Shown here piece after piece: positions 18,522-27,956 of a stretch of DNA of 64,000 nucleotides. The DNA is taken from the sequence record MN871449.1. The stretch is one strand, 5' to 3'. Below the pieces are notes generated by a model, which was not told where the DNA came from, made no database searches, and saw only the letters and a program-made list of their open reading frames with translations. Positions within the stretch are counted from its first letter, which is position 1; the number at the start of each line of letters is the position of its first letter. Position numbers and translations under genes: made by a program.

Positions 18522-18884
18522 ATGAAAAAGATGATTTTAGCAGTTTTACTGGCGGGTGTTTCTCTTAATGCGGTCGCTGTCGATTGCCGTGGCCATCTCA
18601 AATCTGTGATGGGTGAATATTTCTCAGAGAAACTTCTTAACGGGGGTTCTGTGGAAAACCTTGCCTACCACAAATGGGTAGAGGTAACGGGTCCTCTCGA
18701 ACCGGTAGGGGCCTATTACCAGGGCGGTGTCAGGGTGAAAGAACACGTTAAAGTGTTGCCACTGGGATTATTGGCAATGGACAGGAATAGTAATAGCTTC
18801 ACTGTCAACGCGGCCGTAGCATACAACGAAATCAGTTGCGAAGTTTACGGAATCGAAATTAATGAATTTAAGGCGGGGAAATGA
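18522..18884 (+). CDS. exported protein (signal peptide)
   Basis: MKKMILAVLLAGVSLNAVA|V. Confidence 0.7.
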   Translation: MKKMILAVLLAGVSLNAVAVDCRGHLKSVMGEYFSEKLLNGGSVENLAYHKWVEVTGPLEPVGAYYQGGVRVKEHVKVLPLGLLAMDRNSNSFTVNAAVAYNEISCEVYGIEINEFKAGK

Positions 18885-19444
18885 CCATTTCTATCGGGCA
18901 GGTATATAGGCATTATAAAGGCGAAATTTACATTGTATCCGGTTTAGCGACTTCTGCTAATAATGACACTGATGGGGAGACTTCTGTTAGTTACTACCCG
19001 TTGAACGGGGACAGTACGATTTACCATCGATCGGAAAAGGAATTCAATGAAACCGTTACATCTGGAGAATTCCCGGTCCCTCGTTTTAAACTTCTCCCGT
19101 CAGTTACTCGTTTCTTTCAACGGACAAAAGCTGTACCAGGTAATGGTCATCTTTTCCCTGTTTACACTCTTCAAGATCTGCAAGACTTTATCAACGGTCT
19201 GAAAGAGGTTGGGTTAAATATCGAACAGGGAGAAGAAAGCCGATTGAAGAAGACTTACGAGGTGATCAATCGTCATAATGCCTTGGGTTTCTCTGTCCAG
19301 GTAGAGAAACCATGCGTAATTCTGACAATTGGAAATGAATATAACATTATCGCCGCTGATGAAGTTACGCGATTAGCTCGTCAGATAGAAACCGATAAGC
19401 ATTTTAAAATCAATCCGCTGGCCATGACTAACCGTTTTAATTAA
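18881..19444 (+). CDS. DUF1653-like domain protein
   Basis: GQVYRHYKGEIYIV...A...V.Y.....IYHR...EF. Confidence 0.7.
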   Translation: MTISIGQVYRHYKGEIYIVSGLATSANNDTDGETSVSYYPLNGDSTIYHRSEKEFNETVTSGEFPVPRFKLLPSVTRFFQRTKAVPGNGHLFPVYTLQDLQDFINGLKEVGLNIEQGEESRLKKTYEVINRHNALGFSVQVEKPCVILTIGNEYNIIAADEVTRLARQIETDKHFKINPLAMTNRFN

Positions 19445-19453
19445 GGAAAGAAT

Positions 19454-19903
19454 ATGATTACCTCCGATCAAATAGTAAAATCTGCTCAAGAAGCATTGGC
19501 TGAGTTACTCACGGAAGAAAAAATAGAAGAGATAAAGGCTGAATATGAAGGCGTTGTTGTTGGTGTAAAAGGATTCGTCTCTAAACTCGAAGCTGAATTT
19601 GCTGAAGTTCCTGATTGTACTTTAAAGGAACAAGCGACGAATTCTCTGAAAAAAATTTCTCCGGAAAAGATAGAAAATAAAATTATCGGAATGACAGCAC
19701 TCACCGCCGTGGCCTTAGACGACGCTATGTTTGAAAATGTCATTTTAAATTTAGTCTCTGGCCAGGGATCGTTAAGCGATCTAACTGTAGATTTTAAGGG
19801 TATTAAAAACCTTCATCAAAAGGGATTCACTACGGAAGAAATTGCTCATCGTCATAATCTGCCATTTAGTGATGTAGAAGAATATTTAGGTAAACTGAAA
19901 TGA
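19454..19903 (+). CDS. hypothetical protein with C-terminal HTH
   Basis: GFTTEEIAHRHNLPFSDVEEYL. Confidence 0.65.
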   Translation: MITSDQIVKSAQEALAELLTEEKIEEIKAEYEGVVVGVKGFVSKLEAEFAEVPDCTLKEQATNSLKKISPEKIENKIIGMTALTAVALDDAMFENVILNLVSGQGSLSDLTVDFKGIKNLHQKGFTTEEIAHRHNLPFSDVEEYLGKLK

Positions 19904-20355
19904 ATATCGAAGAATTAATAAAAGGTTTTACTGATCAAGAAAAGGCTTCCCTGTTACTGACTGCTAAAGATGAGGATCTGCTCCTCTCTGCCGTTGACAT
20001 GCTTTTTAGTAACAAAGTCACCAATGTCGCCCAGATTGCGCTATTGCAACAGAATATGACAAAGTTCTGCTACGGGGAAGTTGACGCCGTAACGTTTTGG
20101 GAGAATCGATTAGGCGAACAAAGATTAACGTCCCCGATTTCAAGTTATATCGATTCTGTTCATTCTGTCATGAAAGCCATTCGCTCGTCGAATTCTTCTA
20201 ATGGCAAGAAATTGTGGCTTTCGGTAGGGGGTTCAGGTGACGAAATTAAATACTTTTCATCTGTTTTGTTAGAAGCTAAACGCACTGAGAAAGGAATCTC
20301 CTTCTCTGTCTGGCGAAACAAATACGGGGTCTCGGGGGTAATGTTAAGTGAATAA
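19900..20355 (+). CDS. hypothetical protein
   Basis: Start overlaps upstream stop. Confidence 0.7.
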   Translation: MNIEELIKGFTDQEKASLLLTAKDEDLLLSAVDMLFSNKVTNVAQIALLQQNMTKFCYGEVDAVTFWENRLGEQRLTSPISSYIDSVHSVMKAIRSSNSSNGKKLWLSVGGSGDEIKYFSSVLLEAKRTEKGISFSVWRNKYGVSGVMLSE

Positions 20356-20647
20356 ATTTTTTCTTGTTCTGATACTGTTGTTCTCGCATGGGGCGTTAGC
20401 TGACACTATTACGGTGTGGGATGACCCCGATAATAACTATGCGGGGCGCTTCGAGAAGAAGTCTATGGATGATGGTTATTTACGGATTATCGTCGATCAC
20501 GCGACTGGTTGCGAGTACTTCTACGTAGAAGGGAGAAGCATTGCGCCTGTCTTAGGGGGAAGTTATGCCGCCCGTGATCCGTATTGCCCTTCTGAGAACA
20601 AGTACACTCAGCAGACAGACAACGGCACGAAAGCGTATCGCAAATAA
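20348..20647 (+). CDS. exported protein (signal peptide)
   Basis: MNKFFLVLILLFSHGALA|D; two Cys. Confidence 0.65.
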   Translation: MNKFFLVLILLFSHGALADTITVWDDPDNNYAGRFEKKSMDDGYLRIIVDHATGCEYFYVEGRSIAPVLGGSYAARDPYCPSENKYTQQTDNGTKAYRK

Positions 20648-20651
20648 AACG

Positions 20652-20674
20652 GTAAGGGGTTTTATACCCCTTAC
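20652..20674 (+). terminator. hairpin terminator
   Basis: GTAAGGGGT-TTTAT-ACCCCTTAC. Confidence 0.6.
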
Positions 20675-20701
20675 TTATATTTTAAACAGAGGAGAAATAT
20701 C

Positions 20702-21151
20702 ATGAATATCGAGACATTGAAAACTTTAATAAGTAACACTAATGAAAAATTCGTTCTCGTTACAGGTAATAATGAAAAAGCGTTGTTGATGGGATTAAAG
20801 GAATTGGGGTTAGATCCTATAGACCATAATCGTAAAAATCAGCTTATTGAACGTCATACCGGTTTTGACATGGCGATCTATTATAATCCGGACGATCGAT
20901 TCATTAGTGCATCGAGACAACTTTCACAGATTTTCCCTTCTATTGGTAAGAGAAAAGGGTCGGTATTATTTCTCTCCGAGGGTTCATTTGCGCAGGGATT
21001 CTATCAAGATTACGCTTTCCCGGCCAAAACATTATTTGTAGCGGTTATCATCGCGCATTTCGAGTTAAGCAACGGACATTTAACGACTTTCGGCTTTGAC
21101 CGCTCTGAAAGAAAAAGCGGCTTAGCTAAACTTAGCGGAGAAAACGAATGA
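20702..21151 (+). CDS. hypothetical protein
   Basis: GAGGAG RBS. Confidence 0.7.
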   Translation: MNIETLKTLISNTNEKFVLVTGNNEKALLMGLKELGLDPIDHNRKNQLIERHTGFDMAIYYNPDDRFISASRQLSQIFPSIGKRKGSVLFLSEGSFAQGFYQDYAFPAKTLFVAVIIAHFELSNGHLTTFGFDRSERKSGLAKLSGENE

Positions 21152-21516
21152 CCTGTCAAGATGCGTTGAATGCGATCATGTGGCAAGACAATAAAACTGT
21201 CTTGCTTATCGGGGAACAGGAAGATGATTTACTTGCCTTCACGGAGGATCAGTTTGGACCGATCACGGAAAGAAACGTAAAGAAACTTTTTTCTGATTCA
21301 CTGCCTGAGATACCATCGGACGGAACGTTCGATAGTGTGACTCTGTTGTCACACCCTTCTAAACCGCAACCGGTACTCGCCGCCAATCGCCAATTATGGT
21401 TGACGTTAGATGTAAGGGCACTCACTAACAAAACAAAATTCGCTGCCGATATTGTTATCAAAGTACAAAAAGGTAGCGGTGGATTTGCCTGGACGGTCGC
21501 GCGACGTTCTGACTGA
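21148..21516 (+). CDS. hypothetical protein
   Basis: ATGA coupling. Confidence 0.7.
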   Translation: MTCQDALNAIMWQDNKTVLLIGEQEDDLLAFTEDQFGPITERNVKKLFSDSLPEIPSDGTFDSVTLLSHPSKPQPVLAANRQLWLTLDVRALTNKTKFAADIVIKVQKGSGGFAWTVARRSD

Positions 21517-21543
21517 TCGCCTACGTTAACAAACTATTACACT

Positions 21544-21573
21544 ATAGACAGGGTTACCCCTGTCTATTTTTTT
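21544..21573 (+). terminator. intrinsic terminator
   Basis: ATAGACAGGG-TTAC-CCCTGTCTAT + T-tract. Confidence 0.8.
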
Positions 21574-21618
21574 ATACTGTTTAATTTATTTGATTATTTA
21601 CTTTTAAAGGATGGGGTA

Positions 21619-22146
21619 ATGAAAAGAACAAAAAATATCTCTAAGGCGAGATTCCGTAAAAGAATTATTCTGGCGGGTGGGGTGATTATCGCCAGCGCTT
21701 TCTTATCCGGGTGCGACGTCTCTGACGACACTTATCGCCCATACGGTTCGATCTCAGAATGTCAGAAGACACTCAACGACTATTCCGCTAATTGCACCAA
21801 CGCGTATAAGTCAGCAGTTGATAACGCAAAGGTAACAGGAAAACCCTATCGTACCAAAGAAGAGTGTGAGAAAGATAACGACAACAATCGCTGTGAATAC
21901 ACGTCCCATGGTGGGTCGCATTTCTACCCATACCCGCATTATTATTCCTATGGCGGTACAGGGAGCTACGCACAGCCTTTCTATCGATCACGAAATAGCG
22001 AAACCTTTCGTTCTCGTAGCGGTACAGAATTCGCGCCTACACGAACCTCTAATGGTTTCTCAGGCGTGAAAACAGTGACCCGTTCGGGATTTGGTTCGAC
22101 ATCTCGTTCGCATTCTTCTTTTTCCTCCCATTCTTTCGGAGGATAA
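21619..22146 (+). CDS. ygiB: YgiB/DUF1190-like lipoprotein
   Basis: MKRTKNISKARFRK (E. coli YgiB begins MKRTKSIRHASFRK); lipobox FLSGC; Y....EC...C..AY..A...A....Y.T.E.C; TVTRSGFG; C-terminal SFGG. Confidence 0.8.
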   Translation: MKRTKNISKARFRKRIILAGGVIIASAFLSGCDVSDDTYRPYGSISECQKTLNDYSANCTNAYKSAVDNAKVTGKPYRTKEECEKDNDNNRCEYTSHGGSHFYPYPHYYSYGGTGSYAQPFYRSRNSETFRSRSGTEFAPTRTSNGFSGVKTVTRSGFGSTSRSHSSFSSHSFGG

Positions 22147-22164
22147 AATCGTGGGGTAAAGCCA

Positions 22165-22632
22165 ATGTCAGAATTGATACGGAATTTAGAGTTAATGAAT
22201 TTCAATGCGCCCAGTGATTTTCGTAATGCTGATCAGTACAACATTACACTTGATCGACTGGAAGCCCAAATGCAGAAGATCCTGAACTTTGGCAGTATCG
22301 GTTACGTCACGTTCGCACAGGCCGATGATTGGGAAAAATCCTTTTCACGGAATCAAAGCGCAGGGTATCTAGTAGGTTACGAGATCGTTAACAATTGTTC
22401 CAGTGGCGCCATCTGGCTTTATGCTGACATTGCGCTTTCCCCCGAGGCGATCGGATTCAGAAATCTTTTTCCAGACCTTTCTGGTTTTGCTATGCGTAGT
22501 CAGTCCCTTATCATTAATTCTGACTACGGTAGAATCGCCCAGATAGAATCAATCGAAGCGTTTGACTTCACCTTTACCAAAGACAGTTCAATAAGGAACG
22601 AACCCGTTGAAAAACACAAAAGACGTCGCTAA
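22165..22632 (+). CDS. hypothetical protein
   Basis: GGGGT RBS. Confidence 0.65.
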   Translation: MSELIRNLELMNFNAPSDFRNADQYNITLDRLEAQMQKILNFGSIGYVTFAQADDWEKSFSRNQSAGYLVGYEIVNNCSSGAIWLYADIALSPEAIGFRNLFPDLSGFAMRSQSLIINSDYGRIAQIESIEAFDFTFTKDSSIRNEPVEKHKRRR

Positions 22633-22771
22633 AATGTTAGGCATCTCCCAATCCGCTGTTCGTATTCGCGTCAGTAAAGGGAAACTCCCTGCCCCTGATA
22701 AACGAGAAGGGAAGGAGTTATTCTGGAAACTCGAAACCATTACCGGGGCTGTTGATGGCATACGTCCTTAA
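22607..22771 (+). CDS. AlpA/excisionase-like HTH DNA-binding protein (54 aa, not in ORF track)
   Basis: TAAGGA RBS 9 nt before TTG; TKDVAKMLGISQSAVRIRVSKGKLPAPDKREGKELFW. Confidence 0.75.
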   Translation: MKNTKDVAKMLGISQSAVRIRVSKGKLPAPDKREGKELFWKLETITGAVDGIRP

Positions 22772-22949
22772 TACCTTACTTTGGTTACTGGTCTTATTGA
22801 GTGGTAACCTGATTTTCGCTTTTCTGTGGATTGCAATACGGGACGGTCTGAAAAAGAAAACGATGGCAGTTCTACAGTCGTTAGTCTGTGTCGTTGTCTT
22901 CGGCTGGTTGCATTATCTAAGCTTAATTACGTTTATCAAGGATTTCTAG
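22755..22949 (+). CDS. small membrane protein (2 TM)
   Basis: Two hydrophobic segments. Confidence 0.65.
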   Translation: MAYVLNTLLWLLVLLSGNLIFAFLWIAIRDGLKKKTMAVLQSLVCVVVFGWLHYLSLITFIKDF

Positions 22950-23363
22950 ATGACCCCCGTTAAACAGCTACTTATTCAGTTCTTAAAATCTCAACATACC
23001 TTATCGATTATCGCTGAGACGTCGGATGCAGCGGAGCTTTTTCTGAAAGCGGTCGCCCCTGAATTGAAAGAGGAAGTCATCCTTTTCATTCACAGCGAGT
23101 ACGGCAATTTAAACGCGAAAGACTTGATGGAGAAAATCAAGTCAGCGAAAAAGGACGCGGAACTTTCCGGGAAACGTATTGTCTTTGTCGCAGAAAAGAA
23201 AATGCCGGTTTACACGTTTGAAGCGTCATGCGTGATCGAAGTTGAACAGATCGACTTAGGCGACGCGCTCTTTAACTTAGGGAAAATCGCTTTCGATATC
23301 ACCTTCGTTAAATGTCGCGGTTACACGGTAGATGGTTTTGAAGGCGTCACGTTAGTAGAATAA
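22950..23363 (+). CDS. hypothetical protein
   Basis: Abuts upstream stop; AAGGA RBS. Confidence 0.65.
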   Translation: MTPVKQLLIQFLKSQHTLSIIAETSDAAELFLKAVAPELKEEVILFIHSEYGNLNAKDLMEKIKSAKKDAELSGKRIVFVAEKKMPVYTFEASCVIEVEQIDLGDALFNLGKIAFDITFVKCRGYTVDGFEGVTLVE

Positions 23364-23365
23364 TC

Positions 23366-23397
23366 CTCTCCCTTCCTGCCAATGCAGGAAGGGAGAG
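23366..23397. terminator. 14-bp hairpin between convergent genes
   Basis: CTCTCCCTTCCTGC-CAAT-GCAGGAAGGGAGAG. Confidence 0.7.
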
Positions 23398-23420
23398 ACT
23401 CTATGCCGTATCTTTCTTTT

Positions 23421-24011
23421 TTAGTACATCAAATTACCGTCCAGGAAGCGCGCTACACGTTTCCCTGAACTTTTCCTACCGTCAGTATGCTTTTCCACTG
23501 AACGGCCGTCACGGTGCTCTACTAGCGATTTGATAGGGTAATAGACAGGACCGTCCCACGCACTCCCGATAGCAAAGTCTGCCGGTTTTCGGTTATCAAT
23601 TCCTTTTAGGATCTTTTCAATAGAACCCGGGGCGGGCGAATAACAGACACCGTGAATCAATTGATTTAATCGGATCGCTTCGCGCCCTAACCGTTTAGCG
23701 TTAAGAATTGAGTGCGTTACTAATTCCTGGTACTGCGGTGGTCGGCTCGTCCCTAGATAAAAACTGACGAATTGTTCCGGGTAAACAGTAAACCACTTTT
23801 CTGCTTTTTCAATAAAGCCCTCAACCGGAATAGCATCGTCTTCCATGATAACGACACGTTCGACTTGTTGGACTGCCCATTCCAAAGCTTTGATGTGGTT
23901 GGCCAACGCCCCTGTCCCTACTGTGTCAAGAAACACTTCGCAGGGGAGCACGCTCGTGAGCTTCTCGATGGCTATCGTCCTTGACACGTGACCTACTACC
24001 GCAATACGCAT
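23421..24011 (-). CDS. glycosyltransferase (GT25/GT-A-like)
   Basis: NHIKALEWA, VVIMEDDAIP, HGVCY, KPADFAIG, SLVEHRDG. Confidence 0.7.
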   Translation of the reverse strand: MRIAVVGHVSRTIAIEKLTSVLPCEVFLDTVGTGALANHIKALEWAVQQVERVVIMEDDAIPVEGFIEKAEKWFTVYPEQFVSFYLGTSRPPQYQELVTHSILNAKRLGREAIRLNQLIHGVCYSPAPGSIEKILKGIDNRKPADFAIGSAWDGPVYYPIKSLVEHRDGRSVEKHTDGRKSSGKRVARFLDGNLMY

Positions 24012-24022
24012 ATTAGTTACCT

Positions 24023-25480
24023 CTACTTGTGCTGCCAGAAAGCGATGTCATTGCCGTGACCGTTTCCTTTGAAGACGGTGTTGACGATCGGGCCGTGTAC
24101 CAGGTTCTCACCAAATTTGAAGACTTCGATCCCGAACATTACCATATCTGTCGCTGATTCAGGACCGGTTTCTTCTCGCCAGAAAATTTCTGATTTCATT
24201 TTCCAGACTTGCGCGATCATCCCGTGTGCCACTTTCATGACGTCTTCACGTGAACCACCAATAATCCCAGCGTTGACAACCTGCTGATCTTTATTTTCCT
24301 GAATAAACTTTTTCAGGGACTTCTGGTGATTGACTTTATCAAACCACGGGTTACTGTAAGTGGTGTGTTCATTACCGACATACAGTTTACCGGGCTCCAT
24401 GCTTTCCCATGGTTCTCTCAGCATGATAACGTCAGTTCCGTCTGTGCACCAGACCTGTTCAATATCCGGGTTATTGCGGAGGTATTGGTAGATGTGCAAC
24501 CACCGTAAGAAGTAAGGGGAAAGATTGTTGACTTCGGGAACCTTAATCAGATTCACACCCGTCATCGCTGAGAGTTGATCAGCAAAGACAATTTTCTCTG
24601 CGCCCTTAATACTGTTCGCCCACGCGTGTAATAAAGCGGGAGTCGCCTGCATGTGCTGATTACGCTGCGGGTCTACACAACCAGTGAGCAGACAAGTCAT
24701 TACCACCCGACGTGGTTTACGGTACGGGGCGAATCCGCTATAACGCGCTCTCCGCCTGGCGTTATAAATCTTGACGTTACGTTCGACTTGTTGCTGGCGA
24801 TCAGCTGGCGGGACTGAACGCGTCACTTCTTCATGTTCATCGAGTGAGTAGATGAGTTTGTTACTACCAACGACGTCGCCAAAAGGAAACGTTGTTAACC
24901 CAGCATTGTGAATTCTTAATGCTAAGTCAACGTGTTCATACATTCCCCGTTGGTAAATAGGATCAAAACCACCGACTTTATCAATTGCGGATTTATGGTA
25001 GTACAACATTACACCACGCTGACCCGAAAGCGCGAAGTGTTTACCGTCATTGAAGACCTCGATAGTATCGTTGATTTTCCTTTTACCGGCGAGGTCTTTA
25101 AATTGATAACCCAGATGCGGTTCAGGGGATTCCATATACGGCACCCACCAATTCTCTGCGATAGGGAACGCGTCATCGTCCCAGAGGTAAAGATGCTCAC
25201 AACTGGCGTCAATCAAAAGCTGAAGCGAAGTATTCTTTACCGCAACAATCCCTTCGCTTTTCTCGTGACGGTGCACCTGAGCCCATTCAGGACCTTTAAC
25301 TGGGGTATCAGACCCATCGTCGACAATGTAAACCACGGCATTAGGTGGTAGAAACTTTTCGTGTTGCTCTAACGTTCGTTTAAGGACGTCGTGTCGGTTA
25401 CGCGTGGAGATCGCTATCCCAATTTTCTTCTCTGCTTGTTCTTCTGGTATATAACGTTTACCATCAATGATTACGTCCAT
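24023..25480 (-). CDS. two-domain glycosyltransferase (GT2 N-domain + second GT-A-like domain)
   Basis: IAISTRNR, IVDDGS, KNTSL, LWDDDAFP, GGFDP.Y..G.YEHVDLALR; second domain WCTDGTDV and NAGIIGG. Confidence 0.85.
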   Translation of the reverse strand: MDVIIDGKRYIPEEQAEKKIGIAISTRNRHDVLKRTLEQHEKFLPPNAVVYIVDDGSDTPVKGPEWAQVHRHEKSEGIVAVKNTSLQLLIDASCEHLYLWDDDAFPIAENWWVPYMESPEPHLGYQFKDLAGKRKINDTIEVFNDGKHFALSGQRGVMLYYHKSAIDKVGGFDPIYQRGMYEHVDLALRIHNAGLTTFPFGDVVGSNKLIYSLDEHEEVTRSVPPADRQQQVERNVKIYNARRRARYSGFAPYRKPRRVVMTCLLTGCVDPQRNQHMQATPALLHAWANSIKGAEKIVFADQLSAMTGVNLIKVPEVNNLSPYFLRWLHIYQYLRNNPDIEQVWCTDGTDVIMLREPWESMEPGKLYVGNEHTTYSNPWFDKVNHQKSLKKFIQENKDQQVVNAGIIGGSREDVMKVAHGMIAQVWKMKSEIFWREETGPESATDMVMFGIEVFKFGENLVHGPIVNTVFKGNGHGNDIAFWQHK

Positions 25481-25531
25481 AGAGTATTCAACCTGGTTAT
25501 GTTCAGTGAAAAAGTCATAAGATTAATCTCC

Positions 25532-25554
25532 AATTTTTTTCATGTATATATTGC
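25532..25554 (+). promoter_or_regulatory. putative early promoter (copy 3)
   Basis: AATTTTTTTCATGTATATATTGC. Confidence 0.6.
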
Positions 25555-25620
25555 CCGAGTGATAAAGGAAAAGAATAACCTTTTTATCATACTTTTAACT
25601 AAACCAATAAGGAATATATC

Positions 25621-26253
25621 ATGACCACTTTCACTATTACTGTTTTCGCTAAAGACGCTAACTTTGATTTGACCCCGGACACGCTCTCCGAGAATTTCGC
25701 CACATTCACGCCGCGCTTCGATTTTGAAAATTCTATCCCGGAAACGGCAGATTTAATCGTGGAGACTCGTATGAGTACGGGCGACCGTTTTTGGATGTAC
25801 TGCGAAAATAGAGAGGCGTTTTCCACGATGTGCGACGAGCCAGAATTCCTGGCCAACTGGCCGTACAAACGCGAATACCTCGACAGCACGATTCTTACTC
25901 CTGATGAACTCGCAGACTTCGAAGAAGAGACGGATATTCTTTCTATCGTCTACGGGGTAGAAGAAGTTATCGTTAATATTAAGCGTTATCGCGAACAGAA
26001 CCCTGTGAAAGTTATGCCGAGCGACTTCAGCTTTAATCCGGAAACGGATATCTTCATTGACGAAGTGGCTAAAGTACAAAGCGGGGAACGTGAGCATTAC
26101 CACATGATCATCCGTGACAACGTTATCTACCTCGATAAAACGCTGTCGATTGTTAACATGGCCAACTACGAACCGATCACTGTTACAACGATCAAATTCA
26201 AACACGCTGAAGATATTAAATTCAGTGCGAACATGGCGCCGTTCTTTAACTAA
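25621..26253 (+). CDS. acidic hypothetical protein
   Basis: TAAGGA RBS; D/E rich. Confidence 0.7.
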   Translation: MTTFTITVFAKDANFDLTPDTLSENFATFTPRFDFENSIPETADLIVETRMSTGDRFWMYCENREAFSTMCDEPEFLANWPYKREYLDSTILTPDELADFEEETDILSIVYGVEEVIVNIKRYREQNPVKVMPSDFSFNPETDIFIDEVAKVQSGEREHYHMIIRDNVIYLDKTLSIVNMANYEPITVTTIKFKHAEDIKFSANMAPFFN

Positions 26254-26320
26254 TCAAACACTTACCTGGCAGGGGAATTCCCCTGCCAATTATACAACTA
26301 AACCTATAGAGAGAAGATAA

Positions 26321-26788
26321 ATGTCATTTTTAAAATCTACTGCTTTAAGCGTTTTTGCTAATCTGAAATACAGCCGTGAAGAACGCGAACAGAAATTCCG
26401 TGACGCCGCGGCGGCAATGGTCAATGCCGTTAATGATATCGTCCTTCATCATGCCGGGGTTCTGCTTGAAGAGTTAGAAAATTTCGATGAAGATAACTGG
26501 ATCCTCGGCGATGAATGCGGTTCAGCTATCCTGATATTACGTGATCTGGGTCTTGAGCGCATCAATGACCTGGGTAAGTCGGAAGTCTGTATGAAAGAGA
26601 CCGGTGAAATTTGGATGTTGATTCATCTGGACGGTGTCTTCGGTGATGACTTCGAACCTATGTTCTTACGCGGTAGTGAACATACCGTCATTGAAAGACT
26701 GGCGGTTGGCGTTGATGAAGCCGTAGAGAAACTCGGTCTCGCTGGACTGAGACTCTACTTTAACGGTAGTGACATTTTAAAGAAATAA
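26321..26788 (+). CDS. acidic hypothetical protein
   Basis: ORF after hairpin 26267-26288. Confidence 0.7.
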   Translation: MSFLKSTALSVFANLKYSREEREQKFRDAAAAMVNAVNDIVLHHAGVLLEELENFDEDNWILGDECGSAILILRDLGLERINDLGKSEVCMKETGEIWMLIHLDGVFGDDFEPMFLRGSEHTVIERLAVGVDEAVEKLGLAGLRLYFNGSDILKK

Positions 26789-26852
26789 TACAGCCGGAGG
26801 AGGGGTGGTGACCCCTCTTCTTATTTTGTTTTTTAATAAAAGGAGAATCAAT

Positions 26853-27152
26853 ATGTCATTTTCTGATAACGACGCTACAATCAACGAACTCTCAACGGTC
26901 TTCCAGTCGCTCTTTTCGATTAAAGACGAGCATGACCTCATTGAACGTCCTCTGTTAACGAGTCGCGCCATTGAACTCCTTGATCGTACGATTCAGAGTT
27001 TAACTTTTCTGGCGGAACTGGCAGAAGTTCTTGATCCTGAAATCGCCAGTAAACATCGTGACGACATCAAATGTTTCACTGAGATGAAAACCAAACTAGA
27101 AGCAACGCAGCAAGACGAATGTCGTTTCTGGCTCTCTAATTCTTTCCATTAA
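26853..27152 (+). CDS. hypothetical protein
   Basis: AAGGAG RBS before ATG 26853. Confidence 0.7.
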   Translation: MSFSDNDATINELSTVFQSLFSIKDEHDLIERPLLTSRAIELLDRTIQSLTFLAELAEVLDPEIASKHRDDIKCFTEMKTKLEATQQDECRFWLSNSFH

Positions 27153-27166
27153 TTGGTGTTATAAAC

Positions 27167-27523
27167 ATGAAAAAGATCATTCTTATTTTAACGTTGGTTT
27201 TCCCTTTCTTCGCTAATGCAACAGCGATTATGTTCGAGGATCAAAACTCTAAATGGACGATCACTGATAACCGCGCGGTCATCTTTGCGAACGGCAAGAA
27301 GTACATCTGCACCGATCCAGAAATCGTCAATGACCAGGTCGATAACGATGGCTTTGTTTACTCCGCCGACACCTACGTTTGCGGGGATCGTTTTTACTTC
27401 GCACTGAAAAGCTATAACAAAACCAATTTATTCCTTTTACGTATTTACGACGGTAAACGTGAAAAGGTGGTCATTGAAAAGCTGGTAAACAAAAACCAAT
27501 TCCGTTCTCTCTCCAGTTCTTAA
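27167..27523 (+). CDS. exported beta-rich protein
   Basis: MKKIILILTLVFPFFANA|T; two Cys. Confidence 0.7.
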   Translation: MKKIILILTLVFPFFANATAIMFEDQNSKWTITDNRAVIFANGKKYICTDPEIVNDQVDNDGFVYSADTYVCGDRFYFALKSYNKTNLFLLRIYDGKREKVVIEKLVNKNQFRSLSSS

Positions 27524-27535
27524 AAGGTGCTCAAC

Positions 27536-27874
27536 ATGAAAAAGATTTTTCTCATTTGTTCGGCAGTTCTCTTAGCCGTTTTCACTACCTTCTCTGCACA
27601 GGCGGTGACTGAAACTTTTCGTAGCGGTTATAATCGTGTAACGGTATCTGGCGACAGGGCTTTCGGTGTTTTTGGCGGGACTAATATAGGCTGCCAGTAT
27701 ATGGGCCAGCAAGGTAGTCAATATAAATGGAGTTGTAACAGCGATGACTACCAGTTGGTCTTAGAAAACCATGACAACGAGCAGGTGGCGGTATTAGGGT
27801 TATTCTACAACCGTATGGGTAAATACGTTTCTACAATGGAAGTCCCGTATACCCAAATTAAAACGGTAAGATAA
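27536..27874 (+). CDS. exported beta-rich protein, likely paralog of upstream gene
   Basis: MKKIFLICSAVLLAVFTTFSAQA|V; two Cys. Confidence 0.7.
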   Translation: MKKIFLICSAVLLAVFTTFSAQAVTETFRSGYNRVTVSGDRAFGVFGGTNIGCQYMGQQGSQYKWSCNSDDYQLVLENHDNEQVAVLGLFYNRMGKYVSTMEVPYTQIKTVR

Positions 27875-27956
27875 AACATCTACTGAAGGAGGCAAACGCC
27901 TCCTTCAGACCATCCCTATGTAATTTCTTTTTTTTTCACCTCGAGGGTTTTAAACG

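Noticed and set aside
22607-22771. Excisionase-like gene as a sign of lysogeny
   Set aside because: No integrase, att-like repeats or repressor cassette in the window; context is a virulent jumbo phage
26260-26276. ACTTACCTGGCAGGGGA matches the 5' end of eukaryotic U1 snRNA
   Set aside because: Similarity stops after 17 nt, and most of it is the left arm of a local hairpin (TGGCAGGGG-AATT-CCCCTGCCA); best explained as coincidence
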